Below, piece by piece: positions 1 to 10,044 of a stretch of DNA of 64,000 bases (position 1 is the first letter of the stretch; each line of letters opens with the position of its first letter). The DNA is from Bryobacteraceae bacterium (GTDB lineage: Bacteria; Acidobacteriota; Terriglobia; Bryobacterales; Bryobacteraceae). Where the stretch lies: positions 3,332 to 67,331 of the forward strand of contig DATGGL010000129.1 in NCBI GenBank assembly GCA_035308605.1, given 5' to 3'. The notes under the pieces were generated by a model. That model did not search any database and was not told the origin of the DNA. It worked only from the letters and a program-made list of their open reading frames with translations. Both the position numbers and the translations under genes were made by a program.

Positions 1-2211
1 ATCGACGCGGCTCAGGAGTTAACGCTTTCGATCAACAATGTCCGCGAGGTATTCCAGTCCGAGAACGTGAACGCCGAAACCTCGCCCGTCGATGTCAGCC
101 AGACGCAGAGCCAGGAACAGCTTACCGGCACCGAGGTGAACGACATGCCGTACGCCAACAGCCACAATCTGCGAAACGCGCTGCAACTGATGCCGGGAGT
201 CCTGCAAGATGCTACCGGGAATTTGCATGTTAACGGCGCATCTGAAAGTCAGGTGCTGTATCTTCTGAATGGCTTCAACATCACCAACCCGATCTCCGGC
301 CAGTTTCAAACCGTTCTGGCGGTGGAAGCAGTCCGTTCGGTGGAACTGGCTTCGGGACGCTATTCGCCGGAGTTCGGGAAAGGGTCGGCCGGCGTCCTGG
401 CGGTGAACACTCAGAACGGCACGGACGCCTTTCACTACACGGCGACAGATTTCATTCCTGGACTTCGCGTCCAACAGGGCCTTCAGTTCGGCAACTGGTA
501 TCCGAGACTGGGAGTCTCAGGACCCATCGTTCGGGGACGAGCGTGGTTCTCCGACACCTTCGATTCCGAATACACCTCGGGGTTCGTCCCGGGACTTCCG
601 AAGGGGCAGGATACGCGAACCGGGTGGACCGGGAGCAATCTGCTGCATACGCAGGTGAATCTGACTGCGGCGAACATTTTGTTCGCCGATTTTCTGGCGA
701 ATATCAGCGATCAGAGCCGGGTAGGACTCGGACCGTTGAACCCGGTTTCAGCCACATCCACCGTCGATACGCGCGAGTATCTCTTCAGCGTCAAAGATCA
801 GGTCTACTTGGGCCGCGGTGTGCTGGTGGAATTCGGTTATGGGCACACTTATTTTTCGAACCTGCAAACGCCGCAGGGTCCGAATCTATATGTGATTTCT
901 CCGGAGGGCAACAGCGGAAACTATTTTTTGAATTCCAGTCAGACCGCCGCGCGGGATCAAGGGATGATTCACGTCTACCTGCCGCAATTCCAGTTGTTCG
1001 GCGCGCATCACCTGGAAGCCGGGGGCGAGGCCGACGTGGTGCGCTACACGGGCAACTTTCACCGCACGGGTTACCAGGTCCTGGGGCTCTTCGGCCAGCC
1101 GATCTCGCAAACGTTATTTCCAACGCCGGCGCAATTCGACGTCGGCGATAGTCAGGTGGCGGCTTATCTGATGGATACCTGGCGCGTCTCCAAAAGCTTG
1201 CAATTCAGCTTGGGTGTCCGGCAGGATTGGGACCAGAAAGTAAGCGACCTGGCCTGGTCGCCGCGATTGGGCTTCTCGTGGTCTCCCTTTGCGTCGGGCC
1301 ACACCCGCATTTCCGGAGGCTATCTGCTGACACACGATACGATCACGATGGATATTTTCGGACGGCCGCTCGATCAGACCGCGGTTACGACGACATATTC
1401 GCCGAACGGCGGCCCTGCCGGTCCGCCGGGGCTCACCACCTTTACGATCGGCAATGCGCCTTTGGTCCTGCCGCGGGCGAGCAATTGGACGCTCGATGTA
1501 ACGCATCAAGTGTCGGCGCACGTTCACGTGACCGCAAAATATCTGCGGCGGCGCGGAACCGATGAGTTCGCATTCATCAACGCCCTGGCTCCCAATGCTC
1601 CTCCTTCGCTACTTCCTTTGCCGAGCGTGGACACGGCGGCGATATATCAGTTAACGAATCTCCGGCGCGACGAGTATGACTCCATTCAGATGTCGATTCG
1701 CCAGAAGTTCACCGGCCAATATGAGTGGATGGCGTCCTACACGCGGTCGCGGGCCGTTTCGAATGCGGTCCTCGATCCCAACATCACGCAGCCGTTGCAG
1801 GTGCTCTCGAATCTCGTGCCGATGCCTTGGGATGCGCCGAACCGGCTCCTGGCGTGGGCGTATTTCCCGTTGCCCCGGAAGAACTGGGGGAAGAATTGGG
1901 CGATATCGGCACTGGTCGATATGCGGAGCGGGTTTCCATTCTCAGTGCGCTATCAAACCGGGATCATCGCCGGCCCGGTGGATTCATTTCGGTATCCGAT
2001 GAATTTCGACCTGAATCTGGCGATTGAACGAATGATTACGCTGCACGGGTATCGATTCGCGCTTCGCGGCGGAATCAACAACCTCACGAACCAGACCAAT
2101 CCCACCGCAGTTAATAATGTCATCGGCGCGCCGCAATTCTTGCAGGTACTGGGGGCGGAGGGCCGGCATTTTGTCGTACGGGTCCGGTTCTTCGGCCGCG
2201 CCCAGAAATAA
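1..2211 (+). CDS. TonB-dependent outer-membrane receptor (N-terminus cut by window start)
   Basis: Frame 1 is open from nt 1 into track ORF 67..2211. Plug-like NDMPYANSHNLRNALQLMPGV and LHVNGASESQVLYLLNGFNITNP, followed by long Gly/Tyr/Asn-rich barrel-like sequence. Confidence 0.8.
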   Translation: MDAAQELTLSINNVREVFQSENVNAETSPVDVSQTQSQEQLTGTEVNDMPYANSHNLRNALQLMPGVLQDATGNLHVNGASESQVLYLLNGFNITNPISGQFQTVLAVEAVRSVELASGRYSPEFGKGSAGVLAVNTQNGTDAFHYTATDFIPGLRVQQGLQFGNWYPRLGVSGPIVRGRAWFSDTFDSEYTSGFVPGLPKGQDTRTGWTGSNLLHTQVNLTAANILFADFLANISDQSRVGLGPLNPVSATSTVDTREYLFSVKDQVYLGRGVLVEFGYGHTYFSNLQTPQGPNLYVISPEGNSGNYFLNSSQTAARDQGMIHVYLPQFQLFGAHHLEAGGEADVVRYTGNFHRTGYQVLGLFGQPISQTLFPTPAQFDVGDSQVAAYLMDTWRVSKSLQFSLGVRQDWDQKVSDLAWSPRLGFSWSPFASGHTRISGGYLLTHDTITMDIFGRPLDQTAVTTTYSPNGGPAGPPGLTTFTIGNAPLVLPRASNWTLDVTHQVSAHVHVTAKYLRRRGTDEFAFINALAPNAPPSLLPLPSVDTAAIYQLTNLRRDEYDSIQMSIRQKFTGQYEWMASYTRSRAVSNAVLDPNITQPLQVLSNLVPMPWDAPNRLLAWAYFPLPRKNWGKNWAISALVDMRSGFPFSVRYQTGIIAGPVDSFRYPMNFDLNLAIERMITLHGYRFALRGGINNLTNQTNPTAVNNVIGAPQFLQVLGAEGRHFVVRVRFFGRAQK

Positions 2212-2316
2212 CGATGGCTTGACAACGGTGGTGGGATAAGGTCTTGTACTGAGGACTCGCCCAGACACCTAACTTAGTACTGTACTCCCTGGTCCCATCG
2301 GCCGATCCATAATGGA

Positions 2317-5262
2317 ATGGTGCCGGCCAGACTTATCATCTTCATTCTTTCGGCCACCGCCGCGTGGTCCCAACAATCGTTCCTTCCTGCCGTGATTGCC
2401 GCAGCGCCGAACGGGACGCTGTATGCCTCGCACAACGGCGCGCTGCTTCTCAGCACCAATGGAGGCTCGACGTGGATCCCGATGTTCGTCACCGCCCCGG
2501 GTTTGCCACAGCCGCCCGTGAAAGGACTCATTATCGATCCGGCCAGTGGGACGCTCTACCTGGCGACCACGACCGCTGCGGGCGCGATGTGGCGCAGCCA
2601 GGATGGAGGCACAACCTGGACGAACACGAACACCGGATTGCCGACCAACGCCGGAGATATCGATTTCTTCAAAGAGATCGCCGGGCCGCCGTCGACACTA
2701 TTCGCCAAGCTCGGCAACCAACTCTATGGGTCCCTGGACGGGGCGACCAGTTGGCGGCAGCAAGGCTTTCTTCCAGGATCGAGTTCGACGTTCCAGATCG
2801 GCGACTACACGGGAAATCCCATGTATTATCTGGACGCGGTGAATTTCCTGACGTACCAGAGTCTGGACGGAGGCCATGCGTGGAGTCCCGTAGGTTCCCT
2901 GGCCGGACTGGGGCCGCCGAATTATCACGCGATCGCGCTCGGGCTGTTGTACGCACCGCAGGGCTATTTGTTTGCCAGTGTTGACGGGTTCGGACCCGGA
3001 GTTGCGGCTTACCTGAGCACTGGAGGCGGAGGCTCCTTCGCCGATCAAACCAGCGCCGGGCTGGGGATCTTTACGGCGTTTTACGCCGGCATCACGGGAC
3101 CGATATACGCGGTCGCCAAAGGGCCCTCGGGATTTTACCGGTCGAAAGACGCGGGGCAAACCTGGCAGAGTATCGGGCTCACTTTCGGCACGCTCTACGC
3201 TTTGAACGCGGTCAATGCCACGCAACCGACGACGATTTATGCGACGCGAGTTGGAACCAGCCCGGCCTTCGTCCGGTCGGACGACGGCGGCGACACGTGG
3301 GTTGTGGTTCCGGCGACGGTGACGCCGAGCCTCGCCAAACCGGGGGCGCAAATCAATATCACGCTGGAGCAGGGAGCGCCCTATTCCCAGATTTTCACGG
3401 TGCGCGCGTTCGAGGATCCGAGCTGGGCGCTGGCGGCGACGGTAGCGACGTCGGGAGAGCCCTGGCTGACGCTGTCGACGAAAAGCGGCAATACTCCGTT
3501 TGCAGACTCGCTGACGATCAGCACGGCGGGCCTGGCGCCGGGCGTATACACGTCCACAATTACGATCAGCGCGCCGCAGTCGTTTAACAAATCGGTTTCT
3601 GTCCCGGTGCAATTGACGGTGAAACCGCTGGGGAGCCTGGGAACTCAGTTCGGAATCTCGACCATCGCCGGCAATGGCGCTGCAACGACTGTCGTAACCA
3701 GCGGGACTGCGACCAACATCGGAATCGGCGCACCGGTCGCCCTAACCGCCGATAACACGGGACGCCTGGTGATTTCCTCGGGGAACCGGATCTGGCAGTT
3801 CGCCAATAGCGCGCTGACGGTGCTGGCGGGCTCCGGCACGTTAGGGTCGAGCGGCGATGGAGTCGATGCCGCCTCGGCGAGTCTGGCGAATCCCGAAGCG
3901 ATCGGGTTCGATCAGCAGGGCGCGCTCTATTTCACCGAATATTCCGCTGCGAAGGTCCGAAAGATTTTGAACGGCGCGCTGACAACGGTGGTCGACTTTT
4001 CGAAATTCGGGATACAAACCGGATCTCATGGGATGTTGTTCGACAGCTCCGGCCGCATTTTGCTGGCGAATCCGCAGGGGCTGCTGCGATGGGACGGGAG
4101 CAAGCTTACGGTGGTGACGTCGTACGCGATGACCGATCCGTTTGGCATCGTCGCGGACAGCGCCGGAAACGTTTATGTGAGCGACCGGGGGACGCATCAG
4201 ATTGTGGAGTTTTCCGCGGCCGGTCCAGTGAGCATATTCGCGGGCCTCGGGACTCCTGGATACGGAGGCGACGGCGGTGCCGCGACGCAGGCTTCGCTGA
4301 ATACGCCCTCCGGCCTGGCGATCGATTCGCAAGGCACGATCTATATCGCGGATACCGGGAATCAACGCATCCGGACCATTACCTCGGACGGCGTCATGCA
4401 TACGGTTGCCGGATCGGGCGTGATGGCGTTCGCTGGCGATGGCACCACCGCGGATTTCGCGGAGTTCGCTAATCCGTCGGCGGTATGGGTGGACTCGCTG
4501 GCGAATCTTTATGTCGCCGACACTGGAAATAATCGGGTCCGGAAGCTGAGCCTGCAAACTGCCAGCTCCGGTCCTGCACTGGCGGGTCTGCTCAGCGCGG
4601 CGTCCGGAAGCCCGACTTTGGCCCCCGGCGAAATTTTCGCGCTGTACGGGAGCTCCCTCGCGCCGACGAGCGTTACCGAGACAACTCCTTTCTGGCCAAC
4701 CCAGTTGGGCGGCGTCACAGTGACCATCAACGGGGTCGCTGCGCCGCTGTATTACGTGCTTCCGGGACTGATTGCCGGACAGGTCCCGTATGAAACTCTG
4801 CCGGGCCCAGCCACGGCCGCGGTTTCGATCAATGGATCCACGCCGGTTCAGACGACCTTTCAAGTGGCCACGACGGCCCCGGCGATCTTCCTGGTGAATT
4901 CGAATACGCACATCGATGCCGTGAACTACAAGGACGCGACATCCAACGCTTCCGAACCGGCGCCGCCGGGTTCGTTGGTGCTCATCTATCTCACCGGGAT
5001 CGGGACGCCGTCGGTGCCGGTGGCGACGGGAGCGCCTTCCCCATCGGTCGAGCCTCTCGGGCGCGCGAATTACCCGTACTCGATCACCATTAACGGTCAG
5101 CCGGTCACGCAGGTGCCCTATCTGGGCCTGTCGCCGGCATACGTGGGCGTGGCGCAAGCGAACATCATTGTTCCGAACATGCCACCGGGGGATTATCCGC
5201 TGGTGATCACGGTGAACGGTGTGCAATCGAACGCGGCGACGATTTCGATCGGTCCCCAGTGA
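2317..5262 (+). CDS. Secreted BNR/Asp-box + NHL-repeat protein with Solibacter-type (TIGR03437-like) C-terminal domain
   Basis: Signal peptide MVPARLIIFILSATAAWSQQ. Six Asp-box-like motifs (STNGGSTW, SQDGGTTW, SLDGATSW, SLDGGHAW, SKDAGQTW, SDDGGDTW). NHL-like YVSDRGTHQIVEF, IYIADTGNQRIRTI, LYVADTGNNRVRKL. C-terminal GEIFALYGSSLAP...GVTVTINGVAAPLYYV...GQVPYE. Confidence 0.8.
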   Translation: MVPARLIIFILSATAAWSQQSFLPAVIAAAPNGTLYASHNGALLLSTNGGSTWIPMFVTAPGLPQPPVKGLIIDPASGTLYLATTTAAGAMWRSQDGGTTWTNTNTGLPTNAGDIDFFKEIAGPPSTLFAKLGNQLYGSLDGATSWRQQGFLPGSSSTFQIGDYTGNPMYYLDAVNFLTYQSLDGGHAWSPVGSLAGLGPPNYHAIALGLLYAPQGYLFASVDGFGPGVAAYLSTGGGGSFADQTSAGLGIFTAFYAGITGPIYAVAKGPSGFYRSKDAGQTWQSIGLTFGTLYALNAVNATQPTTIYATRVGTSPAFVRSDDGGDTWVVVPATVTPSLAKPGAQINITLEQGAPYSQIFTVRAFEDPSWALAATVATSGEPWLTLSTKSGNTPFADSLTISTAGLAPGVYTSTITISAPQSFNKSVSVPVQLTVKPLGSLGTQFGISTIAGNGAATTVVTSGTATNIGIGAPVALTADNTGRLVISSGNRIWQFANSALTVLAGSGTLGSSGDGVDAASASLANPEAIGFDQQGALYFTEYSAAKVRKILNGALTTVVDFSKFGIQTGSHGMLFDSSGRILLANPQGLLRWDGSKLTVVTSYAMTDPFGIVADSAGNVYVSDRGTHQIVEFSAAGPVSIFAGLGTPGYGGDGGAATQASLNTPSGLAIDSQGTIYIADTGNQRIRTITSDGVMHTVAGSGVMAFAGDGTTADFAEFANPSAVWVDSLANLYVADTGNNRVRKLSLQTASSGPALAGLLSAASGSPTLAPGEIFALYGSSLAPTSVTETTPFWPTQLGGVTVTINGVAAPLYYVLPGLIAGQVPYETLPGPATAAVSINGSTPVQTTFQVATTAPAIFLVNSNTHIDAVNYKDATSNASEPAPPGSLVLIYLTGIGTPSVPVATGAPSPSVEPLGRANYPYSITINGQPVTQVPYLGLSPAYVGVAQANIIVPNMPPGDYPLVITVNGVQSNAATISIGPQ

Positions 5263-5287
5263 GCTAGCGCTCGGATTTCGATTACGT

Positions 5288-5358
5288 CGCGGCACCCACT
5301 CGCTACCGCTCGTGGTTCTGTGCGACGCCAACCGACCCGCGTACGTAGTAAGCGGGCG
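5288..5358. repeat. Intergenic imperfect palindromic (REP-like) element, copy A
   Basis: Left arm GCGGCACCCACTCGCTACCGCTCGTGGTTCTGTG, right arm AACCGACCCGCGTACGTAGTAAGCGGGCG. Both arms align with the copy at 16663..16750, and the left arm with 10008..10043 (shared core GGTTCTGTG). Confidence 0.6.
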
Positions 5359-5384
5359 CCGACCTGTTGCTATCATGGCCGGGA

Positions 5385-6377
5385 ATGCCAACATTTAAAG
5401 CTCTTCTCGCGACCCAGGAAGACGGAAAGTTCGCGGCCTCGATTCAGGAAATCGATTCTTCGACGCTGCCGGCCGGCGAGGTGCTGGTCCGCGTGGCGTA
5501 TTCCAGCCTCAACTACAAAGACGGACTTGCGGTAACCGGCAAGCCCGGTGTGATTCGAAAGTTCCCGATGGTTCCAGGCGTCGATTTTTCGGGAACTGTG
5601 GCGGAGTCCCGCTCCTCCGCTTTCAAAACCGGCGATGAAGTGGTCGTCACCGGATGCGGGACCTCCGAGTTCTTGTGGGGCGGCTATTCGCAATACGCGC
5701 GCATCGACGCGGAGAACGTGGTGCCGCTGCCCGCGGGGATGTCGCTCGCTCAGGCGATGGGCGTCGGGACGGCCGGGTTCACGGCGATGCAATCGGTGAT
5801 GGCGCTCGAAGAACATGGGCTGAAACCCGGCGGGCGGGAAGTAGTGGTGACGGGAGCAGCCGGCGGCGTCGGCAGCGTCGCGGTCGCGATTCTTGCGAAG
5901 TTGGGGTACAAAGTCGTGGGATCCAGCGGACGGGCGGAGCTGCACCCCTATTTGCGCGATCTTGGCGCCAGCGAAATCATCGATCGCAGTGTGCTGGCGG
6001 GCGCGTCCAAGCGGCCGCTTGAAGCGGAGCGGTGGGCCGCGGCGATCGACAACGTCGGCGGCGATACGATAGCTGGTTTACTGCGGTCGATGGAGATTCA
6101 CGGAAGCGTCGCGTCCTGCGGGCTCGCCGGCGGCCCGGCGTTCAGCACAACCGTGCTGCCGTTCATTCTGCGCGGCGTGAATCTGCTGGGGATCGATTCC
6201 GTACGGGTTCCCAACGCCCGCCGGCGGGAGATTTGGAGCCGCTTAATGCGGGATTTGCCGCTGGATCTGCTCGACCGTATCATCACCGTGGAACCGCTGG
6301 GAAAAATCTTCGAACTCGGCGAACGGATTCTGGCCGGACAAATTCGCGGAAGAACCGTGATCGACGTGAACGCCTGA
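5385..6377 (+). CDS. yhdH: YhdH/AcuI-family NADPH-dependent quinone/acrylyl-CoA reductase (MDR superfamily)
   Basis: MPTFKALLATQEDGKF start. Family-typical VRVAYSSLNYKDGLAVTGKPGVIRKFPMVPGVDFSGTV. Nucleotide-binding VVVTGAAGGVGS. ATG 5385 preferred over the TTG at 5367. Confidence 0.8.
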   Translation: MPTFKALLATQEDGKFAASIQEIDSSTLPAGEVLVRVAYSSLNYKDGLAVTGKPGVIRKFPMVPGVDFSGTVAESRSSAFKTGDEVVVTGCGTSEFLWGGYSQYARIDAENVVPLPAGMSLAQAMGVGTAGFTAMQSVMALEEHGLKPGGREVVVTGAAGGVGSVAVAILAKLGYKVVGSSGRAELHPYLRDLGASEIIDRSVLAGASKRPLEAERWAAAIDNVGGDTIAGLLRSMEIHGSVASCGLAGGPAFSTTVLPFILRGVNLLGIDSVRVPNARRREIWSRLMRDLPLDLLDRIITVEPLGKIFELGERILAGQIRGRTVIDVNA

Positions 6378-6635
6378 TTACTCGGGCTTGCCGAAGTACT
6401 TCGTCAGGTAGGCGACGATGGTATCGAGCTCTTTATCGGAGCCGGTTGCGCCCTTCTCCACCATGTCCTGAATCACTTTTTCCCACTCGTCCTTGGTGTG
6501 TTTTTTCTTGGTATAGTTTTCGGGGCCGTGGCAATCGTTGCAGACCTTTTCGACTTCCTTCTTGCCGGGGCCTTCCGGAAGCTGATCCTGGGCGGCAAGC
6601 GCGAAGGTTACGAATAAAAAGACGAGAAGTTTCAT
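6378..6635 (-). CDS. Small secreted mono-haem c-type cytochrome
   Basis: Signal peptide MKLLVFLFVTFALAAQ and haem motif CNDCH. ATG 6635 overlaps the upstream SDR stop (ATGA). The track ORF start at 6698 lies inside the SDR gene. Confidence 0.75.
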   Translation of the reverse strand: MKLLVFLFVTFALAAQDQLPEGPGKKEVEKVCNDCHGPENYTKKKHTKDEWEKVIQDMVEKGATGSDKELDTIVAYLTKYFGKPE

Positions 6636-7462
6636 GAACGGGCTCCTCCACTGACAATCAGAACTTCGCCGCTCACGTAATCGGAAAGCGGCGAGCAAAA
6701 AAACAGAACGGGTCCGGCGGCTTCTTCCGTCGTCCCGGCACGGCCGAGCGGGCAGAGAGTCTTGATGGCTTCGCGCGCCGCTGGCTGGATGCCGACCCTA
6801 ATCTTCTGGCCCTTCATGTCGATGGTAGCGTTTTCGGAATCGAGCGGCTGGACCAGGCGAGTCTCTATGAATCCGAACCCGACGGAGTTGACGTTGACGT
6901 TATAGCGTCCCCATTCCTTGGCCATGACTTTCGTCAGGCCGTTAATGCCGGCCTTGCCGGTGCCGTATGCGGCCTGCCCGGCGATTCCATCGACGCCGGA
7001 GACCGAACTGATGTTCACCACCTTTCGCATCACGCGGCGGCCTTCGGCGGTCTCCCGCTTGGCCGCCTCCCGAATGAATCCCGAAGCCGCGCGCAGGATG
7101 CGAAATGGCGCGACCAGGTGAATATCGAGCATCGCCTGAAACTGCTCATCGGTCATTTTTTGGATTACGTTGTCCCAGGTATAGCCGGCGTTGTTCACGA
7201 TGATGTCGATTGAGCCGAAGCCTTTGACCGTAAAGTCGACCAGTTTTTGGGGGAACTCGGGCTGCGTAATGTCGCCGGGCATCGCCTTGACCTGGAATCC
7301 GGCGGCGCCAATCAGGGAGCCGGTTTCCATGAGAGGCTCGCGATCGATGTCGTTGAGCATGATCGACGCGCCGGCCTCGGCCAGCTTGATCGCGATGGCG
7401 CGTCCGATGCCGCGGCCGGAGCCGGTGACCAGCGCGGTTTTTCCTGTGAGTGTAAATGACAT
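6632..7462 (-). CDS. Short-chain dehydrogenase/reductase (FabG-like)
   Basis: TGKTALVTGSGRGIGRAIA cofactor motif, NNAG, and YGTGK catalytic-like motif. Confidence 0.8.
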   Translation of the reverse strand: MSFTLTGKTALVTGSGRGIGRAIAIKLAEAGASIMLNDIDREPLMETGSLIGAAGFQVKAMPGDITQPEFPQKLVDFTVKGFGSIDIIVNNAGYTWDNVIQKMTDEQFQAMLDIHLVAPFRILRAASGFIREAAKRETAEGRRVMRKVVNISSVSGVDGIAGQAAYGTGKAGINGLTKVMAKEWGRYNVNVNSVGFGFIETRLVQPLDSENATIDMKGQKIRVGIQPAAREAIKTLCPLGRAGTTEEAAGPVLFFCSPLSDYVSGEVLIVSGGARS

Positions 7463-7501
7463 AAAACGCGAATTCTAGCACGATGAAACTGGCCAGGCGA
7501 T

Positions 7502-8731
7502 CTAGGCGACGATTCTACCGCGGCATTCGCCCAAGCCGATCCGCTTCGCGCCCTCGCGTTCGGCGTAACCGCGGAGAATCACTTCGTCGCCGTCTTCCAG
7601 GAACGTTCGGGTTTCTCCGTTCGGAAGCGTGAGCGGTTCCGTCCCGCGCCAGGTTAGTTCGAGCAGACAGCCGCGAGCTTCCTTCTCAGGACCCGAGACC
7701 GTGCCGCTGCCGAGAAGATCGCCGGTGCGCAGGTTACAGCCGTTGCTGGCATGATGGGTGAGCATTTGCGCCAGCGTCCAGTACATGTGCTCGAATCCGG
7801 AGCGGCTTAACCGAACCGGCTCGATCTTCCCGGCGCGCATTTTTGCCGTGGAGAGCCAGGCTTCAAGTTGCAGGGCGATGCTCCCTTCGGTCCGGTCATG
7901 TTCGCTGTCGAGATGCGGAAGCGGCTGTGGATCTTCGCCGCGATGGAAGCGCGGAACGCGAAACGGCGCCAGGGCGTCGAGCGTAACGATCCAGGGCGAA
8001 ATGGTGGTGGCGAAATTCTTGGATAGAAACGGACCGAGGGGCTGAGATTCCCAGCGCTGAATATCTCGCGCCGACCAGTCGTTCAAAAGGCAAACGCCAA
8101 AAATGTGATTTTCGGCCTCCTCAATCGGAATAGCGCTGCCGCCGGCGCCGACGAAAAATCCCAGCTCACACTCATAATCGAGCTGGCTGGACGGTCCGAA
8201 TGCGGGAGCTGCATTGCCTTCCTGAATCTGGCCGGAGGGCCGGTGAATCGGAGCGCCGCTCAGCACGATCGACGACGCGCGGCCGTGATACGCGATGGGA
8301 ACGTACTTGTAGTTCGGAAACAGCGGATTATCGGGCCGGAACATGCTGCCGACGTTGGTTGCGTGATAAATGGACGCGTAGAAGTCCGTGAAATCGCCGA
8401 TCTCGCCGGGCGGCAGCAGCGTGCACTCGGCGATGGGACGCAGCAGGTGCCGCGGCGGGCTGGGATGATCGGAGCGGAGCGTCCGGCTCAGGCGCAGACG
8501 CAACTGCGAGACAACCTCCCGGCCCATCGCCATCAGTTCGGTGAGGGTACTGTACTTGGCGGCGTCGAAAATCTGGTTGCCGATGCCCACGCCGATGCGC
8601 GGCGCGGCGTCCCCATGGCGGTACAGGCAGAACGGGAGATTCTGAATCGGGAAGTCCGCGCCGGGAGCGTTGGCGGATTCAACCCAACTCTCTAGAGCGG
8701 GATCGTGTGTTTCGTCGAGATTCATGGACAA
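7502..8731 (-). CDS. fahA: Fumarylacetoacetase
   Basis: N-terminal SWVESANAPGADFPIQNLPF typical of FAH N-domain. C-terminal FAH fold motifs (ECELGFFVG, LLNDWSARDIQ, GDLLGSGT). Confidence 0.85.
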   Translation of the reverse strand: MSMNLDETHDPALESWVESANAPGADFPIQNLPFCLYRHGDAAPRIGVGIGNQIFDAAKYSTLTELMAMGREVVSQLRLRLSRTLRSDHPSPPRHLLRPIAECTLLPPGEIGDFTDFYASIYHATNVGSMFRPDNPLFPNYKYVPIAYHGRASSIVLSGAPIHRPSGQIQEGNAAPAFGPSSQLDYECELGFFVGAGGSAIPIEEAENHIFGVCLLNDWSARDIQRWESQPLGPFLSKNFATTISPWIVTLDALAPFRVPRFHRGEDPQPLPHLDSEHDRTEGSIALQLEAWLSTAKMRAGKIEPVRLSRSGFEHMYWTLAQMLTHHASNGCNLRTGDLLGSGTVSGPEKEARGCLLELTWRGTEPLTLPNGETRTFLEDGDEVILRGYAEREGAKRIGLGECRGRIVA

Positions 8732-8796
8732 TGTAGATGCGATCGGAGACGGTGAAGTTACGCTGTCCCGGAAGACCGAGCTCTTATGATAACGAT

Positions 8797-9990
8797 ATGA
8801 ACGAGCGCGTCGTCGTGGTCGGCGGTGGCATCGTAGGGCTGGCGGCGGCTTACCGCCTCAGCGAGCCGGGCCGCGGCGTACAGGTCACGGTGATCGAGAA
8901 AGAATCCGACGTCGGGCGGCATCAGAGCGGCCACAACAGCGGCGTTTTGCATGCGGGGCTCTACTATAAACCGGGTTCGCGGAAAGCCCGGCTCGCGGTG
9001 CGGGGAATCCGTCAGATGGTGGAATTCTGCGAGTCGCATTCCATTGCGCACGAGATCTGCGGGAAGATCGTCGTGGCGACCGCGGATGACGAAATTCCCC
9101 GATTGCGCGCGCTGTTCGAGCGCGGCCAGCAAAACGGTCTGCGAGACCTGCGGCTCCTCTCGCCCGACGAACTGCGCGAGATCGAACCGCACGCCGCGGG
9201 ACTGGCGGCGATTCGGGTGCCGGAAGAGGGAATCGCCGACTACCCGCAAGTCTGCCGCGAACTGGTGAAAGAGATCCGCGGCCGGGGCGGGGAAGTCGTC
9301 GTGAATGCGCGTGTACATGGGATTCGGCGGGACGGGGCGGGGTGGCGCGTGCTGAGCACGGCGGGCGATCATCCGTGCGATCGTCTGGTGACCTGTGCGG
9401 GGTTGTACTCGGATCGAGTCGCCGCGCTCACAGGACGGCCGCGGGACGTGCGGATCGTTCCATTTCGCGGGGAGTACTACCAGATCCGGGCCGAGCGGCA
9501 ACATTTAGTGCGGAATCTGATTTATCCCGTGCCGGACCCGAAGTTTCCGTTTCTGGGCGTCCACTTCACACGCCTGATTCACGGAGGCGTGGAGGCAGGC
9601 CCCAACGCAGTCCTGGCGCTCGCGCGAGAGGGTTATTCGAAGGCCAGAGTGAACCTGCCGGAGTTATTCGACTCGCTGACTTTCGGCGGGTTGTGGAAGT
9701 TCGTCGCGAAATACAAAAAGATGTGCTGGGAGGAGACGCGCCGGTCGTTCAGCAGGGATCTGTTTTGCGCGTCGCTGCAAAGGCTGGTGCCGGAGATCCA
9801 GCCGGAGGATCTGGCGCCCGGCGGCTCCGGCGTGCGCGCGCAAGCCATGGCGCCCGATGGATCTTTCGTGGAAGACTTTCACTTCGTGGAGGGCCCGCGC
9901 GAGTTACATGTCGTGAACGCCCCCAGCCCGGGAGCGACGGCATCGCTGGCGATTGCCGAGGAAATCGTCGAGCGGGTTATGGCTTCGTAA
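8797..9990 (+). CDS. lhgO: L-2-hydroxyglutarate oxidase (FAD-dependent)
   Basis: VVVVGGGIVGLAAAY dinucleotide fold and HQSGHNSGVLHAGLYYKPGS. ATG 8797 chosen, since the FAD motif starts 5 aa later. Confidence 0.8.
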   Translation: MNERVVVVGGGIVGLAAAYRLSEPGRGVQVTVIEKESDVGRHQSGHNSGVLHAGLYYKPGSRKARLAVRGIRQMVEFCESHSIAHEICGKIVVATADDEIPRLRALFERGQQNGLRDLRLLSPDELREIEPHAAGLAAIRVPEEGIADYPQVCRELVKEIRGRGGEVVVNARVHGIRRDGAGWRVLSTAGDHPCDRLVTCAGLYSDRVAALTGRPRDVRIVPFRGEYYQIRAERQHLVRNLIYPVPDPKFPFLGVHFTRLIHGGVEAGPNAVLALAREGYSKARVNLPELFDSLTFGGLWKFVAKYKKMCWEETRRSFSRDLFCASLQRLVPEIQPEDLAPGGSGVRAQAMAPDGSFVEDFHFVEGPRELHVVNAPSPGATASLAIAEEIVERVMAS

Positions 9991-10007
9991 CGAGTCTGCC
10001 GGAAAAC

Positions 10008-10043
10008 GGGCTCCGCTTCCTCTGGTCGCGGTTCTGTGTCTGG
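10008..10043. repeat. Half-copy (left arm) of the REP-like element
   Basis: GGGCTCCGCTTCCTCTGGTCGCGGTTCTGTGTCTGG aligns with the left arms at 5288 and 16663. The position where a right arm would lie is occupied by the 3' end of the yhaM-like gene. Confidence 0.45.
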
Positions 10044-10044
10044 G

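Noticed and set aside
3841-5394. 517-aa minus-strand ORF, with similar long antisense ORFs at 2698..3612(-), 11157..12446(+), 14637..15623(+), 17643..19169(+), 40908..41924(-), 42396..43295(-) and 49391..50320(-)
   Set aside because: All lie antisense to well-supported genes. They are extremely Arg/Gly/His-rich with no recognisable motifs, which is typical of stop-codon-poor antisense frames in GC-rich DNA.
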